A stretch of DNA of 35,519 nucleotides from Octopus bimaculoides (Eukaryota). Position 1 is the stretch's first letter. Each line of letters opens with the position of its first letter. Positions 1-10,802 of this stretch are shown here, piece by piece. Below the pieces are notes generated by a model that was given only the letters and a program-made list of their open reading frames with translations, was not told the origin of the DNA and did not search any database. A program made the translations under genes and the position numbers. Where the stretch lies: positions 18,490,659-18,526,177 of the forward strand of contig NC_068996.1 in the NCBI RefSeq assembly GCF_001194135.2. Direction: 5' to 3'.

Positions 1-77
1 CTTCCCCCTCCCAAAAAGAAAAGCTCTACATTGTATTTGTCCCATCTTCGTTGAGCCCTGTGTGGCTAATAAAAGAA
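1..77 (+). repeat. Probable 3' end of a retroelement (AATAAA followed by a microsatellite tail)
   Basis: ...GAGCCCTGTGTGGCTAATAAAAGAA runs directly into (TATC)n; family not identified. Confidence 0.3.
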
Positions 78-325
<248 letters not shown>

Positions 326-866
326 TTTTCTTGTATAAATGCACCTTTCTCTTGGCATTTGGTAATTATGACACATTCTCGTGAGGCGGTTGAGTAAACA
401 GAACCATGAAAGCACATGAAATGCATATAAGAAACATCTGTAAGTCCACAATATACAAATGTATAAAGTACATTATTTATGCCTTATATAATCTCTGAGA
501 GCAGAGTATAACACGAGTATAGCCAAATCTACTGTTTTGTTCAACTCCTTGGATATATATTCTGTAAGTTATTCCATTGTATATAATATCAGTAGAAAAT
601 GGGTGGACAAATTGTTTCATACTTGACTGGATGTTTACATAGAGTTCTAAGTATCAGTTAAATGCCATACTATGTCATTCGAAATCGTATGTTTCCAATA
701 AAGGTATGCGCGTGCGCACACACTCTTGCACGCACTGTCAGACATAGGAACTATACTAAATCAGACAATGGAGCCTGGTACAGTTCTCTGGCTTGCCAAC
801 TACTGTCACACGGTCTAACCCATGCCAGCATGGAACACGGATATTAAAGTATGATGATTTTATATA

Positions 867-2123
867 TATTGGGTCATTCATAATAATGCGGTTTTTTCAA
901 TTGCATGAACTAAAAGTCGGAGGGGGACGGGATAAACTACCTGCATCATCTTGCTATAGAAGCAGGTAGTAATTTACCTTGGCCTTATTCCTAGTGCAAA
1001 TTTTGAAGAGTGCAGTTCGATTTTAACAGTTTTTCAAAGCTATAATGGAAGTGACAAAAGAGCATGTTCAGTATATTTTACCTTACGAATCCAGTAAAGG
1101 CAACAGCGCAACGAAAAGTGCGAGGAATATTAATACAGTATATGGAAATCGGACAGTAAGCGTAAGCCAGTGTCAACAGTGGTTCCAGAAATTCCGAGCC
1201 GGAAACAACAGCTTAGAAGACAAGCTTCGTCCTGGAAGATCTGTAGAACTCGACGAGGACGTCCTACCAACCCTGGTGGAACAAAATTCCATCGTATCTG
1301 TTGAAGAACAAGCAGAGGAGCTTGGATTTGGTCGTTCAACTATTAATCGACACCTGCATGCCATCAGAAAAGTCAGCAAATTGAGTCAGTGGATTCTTCA
1401 CAAACTTCCGAGCCTAATCGTGCGCAGAGAGTGAATGTGTGCTCTTCTTTGCTGTCACGTCTCGCAAATGAACCGTTTTGGGACCGAATAGTGACTGGTA
1501 ACAGGAAATGGGATCTCTATAAAAATGTCAAGCCCCAAACACTGAGTAGGGAAAGGAGAAACACCGGCATCCCAGGCTAAAGAAGGTCTTCACCCACGTA
1601 AGGTGTTATTATCTGTTTGGTGGGATATGAAAGGTTTAGTCCACTTTGAACTTTTAAACTCAAACCAAACGGTAACAAAGGAGATCTTTTGCGAGTAGCT
1701 TGAGCGACTTCAGTAAGCGCTAGAAGAAAAACGACCATCTTTGGTTTCAAGACGAAAGGTGTTCTTCTATCAGGATAATGCTCAGCCACATATAGCAAAG
1801 ATGACATTCCAGAGGCTGGAGCAGTTTGAATGGGAAACGATACCCCACCCACCATATTCGCCGGACATTGTTCCATCTGATTATCCTTTATTCCGCAGTC
1901 TTCAAAATCATTTGGACAGAAAAAATATGAATTCTGTAAACGAGTTCAGAATAGTACTGGAGGAGTATTTTTCGTCACGGAGAAGTGAATTTTGGAAGAG
2001 GTGTCTTGCAAGTCTATCAGATAGATGGAAGAGCATTGTAGAAAATGAAGCAAAGTATCTTTTAGATTAAAAAAGAACTTAGTTTATTTAAATTTTGAAA
2101 AATAAAAGAAGTGTAAAAAAACC
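867..2123 (+). mobile_element. Mariner (Tc1/mariner, D34D) DNA transposon, decayed; 3' TIR largely missing
   Basis: TA-TTGGGTCATTCATAATAATGCGGTTTTTT TIR-like start; transposase remnants 1045-2070; only AAAAAAACC of the right TIR is recognisable. Confidence 0.9.
1045..2070 (+). pseudogene. Mariner transposase pseudogene (frameshifts and stops)
   Basis: HTH QWFQKFRAGNNSLEDKLRPGRS; WDRIVTGNRKW (TGDEKW decayed); VWWDMKG; QDNA...HPPYSPDIVPSDY gives D34D spacing; split over three frames. Confidence 0.92.
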
Positions 2124-2711
2124 CTTTCTTTCTTTCACCCTCTCACATCTATTCTAGCCTTTCTACTTACTCCTTTTTCTCTCTTATTATTCTTGTATTC
2201 CTAGCCTTACTCTTTTCTCTTTCTTCCCCTGTTTTCGCTCTGTCGCTATCTCTCCCTCACTCTTGTCCTCTCTCTCCTCTGCCCGCTGCTGTCACGTGAC
2301 CTGTGGCCAGTTTTCTTTGCTTTCTCTGTCTCACTGTTTTCTATCCTTTAGGATGTCTTCTAAGCGTTACCCACTATTCTTGTCTTGTTTTGGTCCTAAG
2401 GCTGTATTTTGCTCGTTTCTTATTTATTACATCTTTGTCCATCGTCATAAATCACATTTATTTACTCTCGTGTGTCCATTCTGTATTGTTTTGCTTTGTT
2501 TCCTCTCGGCCCTATATTCTTCGCAAATTTTCTCGGGCACCGCCAATATGGGAAGTTATCAGTGCTATTATTAATGGTGCGAAACTGAGTATTACCAATT
2601 GGTTCATAACCTATGAAGAATAAGGGATCTTCTGTGTCGGTCTCCAGTCCAGTTGTATACTCAGTATATGTTATGTCGTTTGTTCATTTTCCAAACAATT
2701 TTTCATTTATG

Positions 2712-2712
<1 letters not shown>

Positions 2713-2763
<51 letters not shown>
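2713..2763. repeat. (TA)n microsatellite
   Basis: Direct observation. Confidence 0.95.
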
Positions 2764-2765
<2 letters not shown>

Positions 2766-2818
2766 TAGAATGACAAAGGAATAAACAATTATGTTATAAA
2801 CTTCATTTCAATGTTTGA

Positions 2819-2899
2819 AGTTCCGATGAAGCTATAGGGTGATATACAAATACTCAACTATGAGTGCATTGCATCTTATAGCAGAAACAGCTGTAAGCT
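2819..2899 (+). ncRNA. Degenerate hammerhead-like motif with enlarged stem II
   Basis: CCGATGA (CTGATGA variant) - A-GCTATAGG...CTTATAGC-A - GAAA - palindromic ACAGCTGT - A - AGCT pairing with upstream AGTT. Confidence 0.5.
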
Positions 2900-2949
2900 A
2901 ATGAAGTTCATGGGTGTGCGGGCTGTGTTTGTAGTGCTGTGTGTGTGTC

Positions 2950-3170
2950 GTCTGCAATGGAAACGGGGACAGTTTTCTGTATGAAGGCCTGTTTTAGTCT
3001 ATCCACTGATATAGTGTCTTTACGACCATTAAAGTCTATAGTAAAAAATTTATCCGTGCGTGAAAGAAAACGGAAAGGACCAGCATACGGTTCTGTTAGC
3101 GGAAGTTTAACAACTTCGTTGCGCACAAGAAGTAAAGCTTCCTTCGAAGCAGAGCTAGAAATACAATTGT
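2950..3170 (-). pseudogene. Ty3/Gypsy integrase C-terminal (GPY/F) fragment
   Basis: PLTEPYAGPFRFLSRTDKFFTIDFNGRKDTISVDRLKQAF matches the GPY/F module (PY.GPF...T.S.DRLK). Confidence 0.8.
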
Positions 3171-3519
3171 CAAGTAGGTAAGAGATTTTAAACAGGAGGA
3201 ATATATTCAAAATTGGTAAAACTAAAAATTGTCGAGGATAAATTAAATTTATTATTGTTACTGAATATGTTAGTGTTATTTAATTTCTGAACGGTTTTGC
3301 TGCTGTTTATTTATGTAGTTTGATTTCTTTATCCATCAGTTTCTACTAAGATAGAGACGCGAGTAAAATTAATAATAGAGAAACGAAAATAAAACTTTTG
3401 AAACAACAACATTGCCATAACTTACGTGGAAACCATGAGCGTGCTTTCAAGGGAGATAATCAGGGAAAGACTTGAAAGTTAACTTAAGATCATAATACTT
3501 CATGTAAAATAAATATAAC

Positions 3520-3662
3520 AAATAATCCAGAATCCTTGTCCGGTACCGGATTGATCCCCAAATCCCCGTTCGTGCCAGTCATGAGGCCAAACATCCCCGA
3601 AAGTTTCATCCGAATCCATCCAGCAGTTCTTGAGATATCTTGTCCACGGACAAACAAACATG
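3520..3662 (+). mobile_element. Non-autonomous Helitron/DINE-like fragment
   Basis: AAAGTTTCATCCGAATCCATCCAGCAGTTCTTGAGATATC...GGACAAACAAAC resembles the conserved 3' block of DINE-1/Lep1-type elements (from recall). Confidence 0.45.
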
Positions 3663-3667
3663 TATGT

Positions 3668-3778
3668 AGCGTGTGTTCGTCGCATTGATCATAACAAAGA
3701 AAATTGAATAGAGAATCTGCATCAAATTTTGCCAAAATCTCGGCGAACCTACTCAAAGGCCTACGCAAAGTTTTAAAG
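3668..3778 (+). pseudogene. Mariner transposase N-terminus fragment
   Basis: Translates KIE*RICIKFCQNLGE...(Y)AK, the first HTH of a mariner transposase. Confidence 0.65.
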
Positions 3779-4100
3779 TTTTCATCGTTCTCGACACATT
3801 CATGGACATTTTGTACAACTGAAACCCGAGTGTCCTGTTGGTCAGCTGAAAACAGTTTTGGCACAAACTTGGCAGACACGCGTCTCATGCCCAAATTTTC
3901 AGTGATAATGGACTGAACTGAACCGTAACTATTTTGTGCATACTCTGATAACTCACGGGTCGTGATTCAACGATTTCCCCCTCACTGCTGTGATGTATTT
4001 CTCAGTATTGCTGGTTGTAGGTCTCCCAGAACGTTCGTCATCGACATTTTTTCGGCCATCTTGGAGACCTCTGAACCACTCGTACACTTGATTGCGGCTC
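3779..4100 (-). pseudogene. Mariner transposase HTH2/linker fragment (inverted relative to 3668-3778)
   Basis: MSRNQVYEWFRGLQDGRKNVDDERSGRPTTS...LGMRRVSAKFVPKLFSADQ...ENDENF. Confidence 0.8.
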
Positions 4101-4305
4101 ATCATCATCATCATCATCATCACCTTCCTTCAATCAACCTATGGTTAGTCAGAACTCCATTGATAATCCCTTTCCACACTACACGGTCCTGCATTGCTGT
4201 GTTCAGATCTCTAATATCCAGCCCTGAGTCCCGGGATATAGTATTTGGAAATGTCAATTTCCTGGAGAAAACACTTCCAGAGAGATGCCATAGGAGCAGA
4301 CACGA
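4098..4305 (-). mobile_element. RTE-like LINE 3' end with (TGA)n tail
   Basis: LLLWHLSG...KLTFPNTISRDSGLDIRDLNTAMQDRVVWKGII (RTE C-terminal ...DR..W motif) followed by ATG/TGA repeats. Confidence 0.65.
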
Positions 4306-4475
4306 CAAAGGGTCAGCCTTGTCACACTGTGTCACGCTGAATATCCCCGAGAACTACATTAAGGGTACACGTGTCTGTGGAGTGCTCAGCCACTTGCACG
4401 TTAATTTCACGAGCAAGCTGTTCCGTTGATCGGATCAACTGGAACCCTCGACGTCGTAAGCAACGGAGTGCCAAC
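4306..4475 (+). mobile_element. Probable SINE 3' half
   Basis: GC-balanced non-coding block (CCTTGTCACAC...GGATCAACTGGAACCCTCG...GGAGTGCCA) recalled as a cephalopod repeat; no head visible. Confidence 0.35.
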
Positions 4476-4480
4476 AAACG

Positions 4481-4682
4481 TGTGTGTGTGTATTTGTGTC
4501 TGTGTTTGTCCCCCACTATCGCTTGACAACTGGTAACTTAGCAGTTCGGCAAAGAGCACAATAGAATAAATACCAGGCTTTACAAGAAAAAAAAAGTACT
4601 AAGTTCATTCATTCGACTAGAAATTCTTCAAGGCAGTGCACCAGCATGGTCATAGTCTAACGATTCAAAGAAGTAAAAGATA
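4481..4682 (+). mobile_element. tRNA/CORE-like SINE (family A), 3' half
   Basis: Homologous to the 3' half of the full copy at 33187-33560; starts at (GT)n. Confidence 0.8.
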
Positions 4683-5139
4683 CTTAATATATGTATAAGT
4701 ATAATGACGTATGTGCGTATTATGTGTATATGTACTATGCAAATATATAGTTATGATATCAGCATTTTAAGTAGACACGGTATTTCTCAGCAATACTCTA
4801 CTCGCTACCGTTAAAGTAAGAATTACAAATTTGTTATGATGAAGTCCGTAAGAGTTGTATGCTTTTTACATAATGATTACCTTACCGTTTCACACCCTTT
4901 TGCTGTGCTTTATTTTTAGTTCCTTATTTCTTTGTACTAAGATTTTTTTTGTATTTTCTGTTACAGGTAAGGCAACTTTCATATAGTGTGAATGAAGTCA
5001 CTTTTGAGTATTGAGGTAACGCAAATCTTTTTTTTTTCAATATTGTTCAATGTTGTGCGTCTCAAATTTTTTTTTAACTAACCTCCTTTTTCTTTTGCTA
5101 ACACTTATTTTATACCATTTTCAGTAAAAATGAATACAT

Positions 5140-5173
5140 TACATGTATGTATGTGTAGGTGCGTCTATATGTC

Positions 5174-5220
<47 letters not shown>

Positions 5221-5300
5221 GTATATATGTGTGTATGCACGTATACACACATAAGTATTATATATACATGTACGTATGTGTGTGTGTATATATATAATAG
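5140..5300. repeat. Compound TA/TG/TATG microsatellite
   Basis: Direct observation. Confidence 0.9.
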
Positions 5301-5328
5301 AAACAGGTGTGAAAAAAGACTACATGTG

Positions 5329-7550
5329 GTATAAATATGGGGAAAGTAAAAAGAAACAAAGAAAATGCACACTAGGTATAAAAGTAATGGCTTTTTTTTA
5401 AATATAAAAACAAAGATATATACATACAAATAAATGATTTGAGGTGGAATTAAGAAGTATAGAAATCATTATGAGTCAATATAGAAAGTCATACCGGTTT
5501 CGTTATCGCTGTTCACTGACTTTGAATCAACACCGATTTCCAAACGGTGTTGGGTTTAATAGTACCTGAGTGAAAAGCTTGCATGTAAGGGAGGTAAGCA
5601 TTTCTGAAAGGGATGCAATTAGGTTAATATGATTAATAAAATATGAATGGTATATGGGATGTATGTGGATTAGTGGGATTATTGGTGTTAGTGCCATGTA
5701 TTAAGTTATGTGTTCATGTTAAGTTGTGGTTGATATCTATTAATGAAAGTTGCCTCTTTATTTAGACTTTGCTGCGCTACGGTGTTATGGGAACATGGAT
5801 TAAAAGAGAAAATTAGAAAGTTTGGTTTAAGGTTCCTAGCACATCTATCTATGTGCTCACTGACCTGTATCTGTCTATATTGTGGGAAGCGGATTTGTTC
5901 TTTGTGAAGCGTTGTTCTTCGTCTGAGGGATATTCGTGCTTGGCATATATAGTGATTTCTGTAACCTAAGCAGGTAATAACAAAGATTAGGTTTTCAGAA
6001 GCACAAGTGAAATTTGACTTTATCTTAAATATTTCACTTGGTTTGAAGTGAAATTCTGTACCCTCCACAATGTAGGGGAATGTTCCACAGTTAGGCCGCC
6101 CGCATTTTTCCACTTATGGTTCCGTTGTTAAGGGTTATAATCTTGCACCGATTAATATTTTTTTCAATAATTTCGGTTGTATTTTGCTTTGATCATTTTG
6201 TGTGAGCCCAAAATTTCGTTCATGGTAAATGGGTAGATTTTGGATGATGATCTTGAACGCCTCATTGTTTTTTGGGTTATGTGTGGAGATGTAAGGTAGT
6301 ACTTTTAAATTTGGTGTAGTATTTCTGTTAACTTCCCTTAATGTTTGTATGTCTAATTCCTTTGCTCGTTTGATCCCTGTTGGGTAATGACTCCTGATTA
6401 GTGTTAATTTAAGTTCACGGAGTCCTTAGTTCGCGGGTATTGGTATCAGAAACTGTGGTACAAATTCTTTTCGCTAGATTATAGGGTATATTAATTTTTG
6501 TGTGTTTGGGGTGGCATGAGCTGAATAATAGGTATTGTTTTGAATCTGTAAGTTTTTAAAAGTTGTCCGTTTCGATATGGTTACTGACTATTTTAATTAG
6601 GATGTCAAGAAAAGGAAGTTGTTTATTGCTTTGTTCCACGGTGAATTGTATGTTACTATTGATATTGTTGAGCATTATTTTGAAATCGAGGAGTTTGTCC
6701 ATGCTATCGTTCCAACGTATAAAAGCAATCATCTAAGTACCTTTTCCAATTCTTTAAATAACAATGAAATGAGGTAGCATATTTTTGTTGTGATAATTGG
6801 TATATTTTACGTTCTAGATAACCCATGACAAGGTTCGCAATTACTGAGGCAGCTCGAGTTCTCATTGCAATTCCACATTTCTATCAATAGTAAACTATAT
6901 CGAACATGAAGTAGTTATTCTGGAGGATAAATTTCAGTGCTGTGATTGTGAAGTGGTGGTTGATGCGTCCTGGGATCTCTTCTGGGTATTTTTCTAGCCA
7001 GAAGGTGATTGCTTTTATACCATAATCTTGTGGGATATTGATGTACAAGTTCACCATATCGAATGATACCAATAGGATTCCTTCGTTTATTGTTTTCCAA
7101 ATTATCCCTGATGAAGCATTTAACATATTTTAACACAATGGTTTAAGTAAGATGTCGAGGAAGTTGCTCAAGCGGTGAGTTTCACAAGCTGGGCCACCAA
7201 TGATGGATCTTAGTTTGAGGTCAGTAAGGGGTGGGGACATAGGCCTGATGAATCCTTGCAAGCTTTGCTAATATGTGGATTTTTGTGGATTTTGGGTAAG
7301 CCGTAAAAGAGACTTGGTTTATATTGAAAATTGGGTAAATAATCAATTTCTCTTTTAGTGAGGCTTTTTCCATGTATTTGAATTAATGAGGATAAGTTTT
7401 TAAGTGTCTTCTGTGGGTTATATAGTACTCTATCTTCTCATAGCAAGTATTGTTTTCTAGCATGGAAAGTATAACATTTTTATAGTACTCTGTGTCCATC
7501 ACTACTACCGCACTTCCTTTATCAGGGTCAGGTTTATATCATTTTTTAAA
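5329..7550 (-). mobile_element. Penelope-like element, decayed (RT + GIY-YIG + 3' pseudo-LTR)
   Basis: RT piece LLVSFDMVNLYINIP...LKFILQNNYFMFD (6884-7126); GIY-YIG piece CGRPNC...LIFVITC...HYICQ...LHKEQI...VSEHI...FINRYQPQLN (5706-6113); many stops and frameshifts. Confidence 0.88.
5485..5523 (-). ncRNA. Degenerate minimal hammerhead in PLE 3' region
   Basis: Minus strand: AAAGTCA - GTGAACA (CTGAAGA decayed) - GCGATAAC - GAAA - CCGGT - A - TGACTTT; perfect 7-bp stem I and palindromic ACCGGT stem III. Confidence 0.55.
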
Positions 7551-8142
7551 CTAGATTAGGTTTTTCCGTTCATTTGTGTTGAGGTTGGATTTAATTCGTT
7601 GTTTTTATAGGGCATTAAACGGAAAATTGGTAAACCTAGTGTGTATTTTCTTTGTTTCTTTTTACTTTTCCCCATATTATATATATATAAAATCGTTTTA
7701 TNNNNNNNNNNNNNNNNNNNNNNNNNNNNNNNNNNNNNNNNNNNNNNNNNNNNNNNNNNNNNNNNNNNNNNNNNNNNNNNNNNNNNNNNNNNNNNNNNNN
7801 NNNNNNNNNNNNNNNNNNNNNNNNNNNNNNNNNNNNNNNNNNNNNNNNNNNNNNNNNNNNNNNNNNNNNNNNNNNNNNNNNNNNNNNNNNNNNNNNNNNN
7901 NNNNNNNNNNNNNNNNNNNNNNNNNNNNNNNNNNNNNNNNNNNNNNNNNNNNNNNNNNNNNNNNNNNNNNNNNNNNNNNNNNNNNNNNNNNNNNNNNNNN
8001 NNNNNNNNNNNNNNNNNNNNNNNNNNNNNNNNNNNNNNNNNNNNNNNNNNNNNNNNNNNNNNNNNNNNNNNNNNNNNNNNNNNNNNNNNNNNNNNNNNNN
8101 NNNNNNNNNNNNNNNNNNNNNNNNNNNNNNNNNNNNNNNNNN

Positions 8143-8189
<47 letters not shown>
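8143..8189. repeat. (GA)n microsatellite at gap edge
   Basis: Direct observation. Confidence 0.95.
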
Positions 8190-8190
<1 letters not shown>

Positions 8191-8344
8191 TTTGTTGTAG
8201 GTGCAGTGAACGTCTTCGTTGCATATATGGAAATGTCCGCAAATTTTTAATTTTACATTTTTTAATCTTTATAAATTGATAATTTTTCATTCTATTTATA
8301 TATTCATATTTTGAGTTTTTTTGTTATTGTTGATGTTATTGTAT

Positions 8345-8906
8345 TGAGGCTAACAAGCGGCTAATCATATTACATGTAAAAAATTTTTTTAATAATTGTA
8401 ACTAGGAGACAAAGACTAAAACGAAGTATATAGATAAATGCGTCTTTTTGATGGGAAACGCTATAGTTGTGACGTCTTTATTGCATGCATGGAAATGTGA
8501 TTGTCGATTCTGTTATGATTGTGATTAACAAGCGGTTTATCGTAAAACATGTTAAATTCTTTGAAATCAATGTTAACTTGGAGACAGAAACTCTGACGAA
8601 ATATACATATGCATCTTTTTGATGTGGAAAACTACAGGTACAGCCAGTGGTCGTCCATTTTGCATGTATAAAAAAAAAAATACGTACAAATTTGAACAAC
8701 ATTTTTTAAATCATACTTTTTTGTTTTTTTATAATTTACGTGCATGGGTGGTTTTGTATTTAGTTTTACATATTCATGTTTCGAAGATTCTTTTTTTTTT
8801 TGGTGACGGTGCTATTGTCATCAACGGTATAACATAAAAATATATTTAGAATTTTTGTATATAAACTTGGAAACAAAGGCTAAAACGAAATATACAGACG
8901 TATCTT
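8345..8906. repeat. Degenerate ~175-bp tandem units
   Basis: TAACAAGCGG at 8351 and 8526; CTTGGARACA...ACGAARTATA motif near 8402, 8576 and 8866. Confidence 0.55.
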
Positions 8907-9034
8907 AACTTTTTCTATTATTATTCCAAATTTCTCTACATGAGAAAATGAAAGAACTCATTTGAAGATACAAAACTGGGTCTCCAAATGATATCAACGT
9001 ATAATCAGGATATTCCCAATCTTTGTTTTTCTGT

Positions 9035-9400
9035 CCTGATATATTTCACCCTCTTTATTGATAACATTTCCTAGGTACGTGAAATGATCGAGTTCTTCAA
9101 TTTCTTCTCCTCTGACTGTGAAACTGACGTCAGTGGCCACGTGCACTCACACGCTTTTTGTCTTCCTGGTTTTGATCTTGAGACCAACTTTCTTGGATGT
9201 TGCCTTCGATGCTGTTACCGTCTCCTCCATGTCAATATGGCACTGGGAGAGAAGAGCAATGTCATCGGCGAAGCCGATATCTTCTAGGAACTATTGTATT
9301 CCTCTGGGTTGTATTTTCGTGTTTTCTTTCATCACACAATCTATGGCTTTTAGGAAAAAGTGAGATAACAGATAACTTTGTCTTATCTTCGTCGGGACAG
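9035..9400 (-). pseudogene. RTE-type LINE reverse transcriptase fragment
   Basis: FLKAIDCVMK...LEDIGFADDIALLS...SKKVGLKIKTRKTK...ELDHFTYLGNVI (RT domains 4-7, FADD). Confidence 0.85.
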
Positions 9401-9642
9401 TGAATTGTTGCGTCAAAGTTCATGCGTCCGTAGAAAATTTTTTATGACGTTCAAAATAGAATGGGGGACACATGTTGGTTCATAATCTCTTACAAGTTAA
9501 TTCTAAATAAAAAATAATAAAATTCTTGGTGTGTTTAATAGCATAAAGTTATTTATTTTAAGAGTTAGTTAATTAATTTTATTCTAAAAATAGATTTTAA
9601 TAAAGTAATTATTTATTACTGATTAATAAAAGAAAAATAATT

Positions 9643-9812
9643 GGCACACGTGTTGCTGTGTGGTTAATAAGTTTGCTTCCCAACCATACAATTTTGGGTT
9701 CAGTCCTACATGGTACCTTGGGCAAGTGTCTTTTACTATAGCTTCGGGTCGATCAATGCCTTTTGAGTGGATTTGATTGGGAAACTGAAAGCAACTACTC
9801 TGTGTGTGCGTG
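9643..9812 (+). mobile_element. tRNA/CORE-like SINE (family A), 5' half
   Basis: A-box-like GCTGTGTGG, B-box GGTTCAGTCC, CORE-like ACCTTGGGCAAGT; ends at (TG)n. Confidence 0.8.
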
Positions 9813-9835
9813 TAGTTAAATTTATAGAAAGTCAA

Positions 9836-9995
9836 AGATGAAGACAAGTGTAGGAACAACAAGTGTATTAGTTCAACGCTCGGGAAAAATGGAAAAGTCT
9901 TTTACGTTTCAAGCTTACACACTTCGACAAAAAATGAATGAGAAAATAGAGAGAGAATGAAAAAACGTGTTGAGTTCAGTGGTCAACATGGCGAA
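9836..9995 (-). mobile_element. Solo PLE pseudo-LTR fragment with decayed hammerhead
   Basis: Reverse-complement homolog of 35270-35400; minus strand reads TTTTGTCGA-A-GTGTGTAAGCTT-GAAACGTA-AAAG. Confidence 0.6.
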
Positions 9996-10056
9996 TATAT
10001 ATATATTTGTATTTATTTATTTATTCATTTATTTATTTATTTGCGTGTTTGAACGT

Positions 10057-10436
10057 GCGTTTGTGATTCCTTGTCTTCAAATCGTTTGATAGGTGTAGAT
10101 GTGTGTCACTGTCATTCATTTCCAGTATTCTGCCAGAACATGCCTGACCGTGGGGAAATATTACCTTGCTTGGAAACAGTTTAGAAGTTGCGACAGGAAA
10201 GGCCTTTAGCTGTAGAAAAACCTTCAATAAACTCAACTTGAGTGGGTATTAGGATGATGGTGATAAAGATTAGGATTCTAGTATGTCTTGTTATTGGAAA
10301 ATATCACCTTACTTGGAAATATGTGAGGGCTGGCGACAGGAAGAACATCCGGCCGTAAAAAGTATACTTCAATAAACTGCATCCAACCCATGGAACAGTG
10401 AACGTTAAAAATAGATGATGATGATGATAATGATGA
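10057..10436 (+). repeat. Two tandem 3'-end copies of a retro-repeat ending in (GAT)n
   Basis: GGAAAWTAYYACCTTRCTTGGAAA...GCGACAGGAA... occurs near 10152 and 10297; related copies at 15345-15510 and 808-857. Confidence 0.65.
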
Positions 10437-10802
10437 TTACTTCTTTGTCGTAACAGCTGAAAATTCATCTCTCACTTCCAGCCAATGTAGAAATCCCTTG
10501 TTGGAAACAGCTGCCTTAAGGGCTCCTTGTTTTGGTTATGTAAGCAACAAGTTTCACAAGCTAACGCCACAGTTTCGGTTATAGCTAATGAATTGCATAG
10601 ATATCGTTAGAGTATTTAGGGAAGGTGTGGATAGCATCTAGGAATTCTTATACGCCGTCTTTCGTTTTATGTACTAAAATGGCCAACAATGTAGCGCTTA
10701 TTAATAATGTATCGTTGGTATTTACGAAAGGAAGAATGAGATTTACCACGTATACAGTCTTCAGGTGTTTGTGCTCCTTTCACTGTTGCCCGCTACTAGG
10801 GT

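Noticed and set aside
936-970. 9-bp hairpin ACTACCTGC/GCAGGTAGT
   Set aside because: It lies in the mariner 5' UTR and is probably a family feature, not a separate element.
8190-8260. Minus-strand CGHFHICNEDVHC as a zinc-finger exon
   Set aside because: It is too short, lacks supporting splice or ORF context, and is probably part of the adjacent AT-rich repeat.
7556-8290. Long ORFs spanning N-gaps (also 11498-12082, 17123-17699, 20607-21338, 23495-23799, 25507-26068)
   Set aside because: They stay open only because N codons cannot be stops; the flanks are microsatellite-derived.
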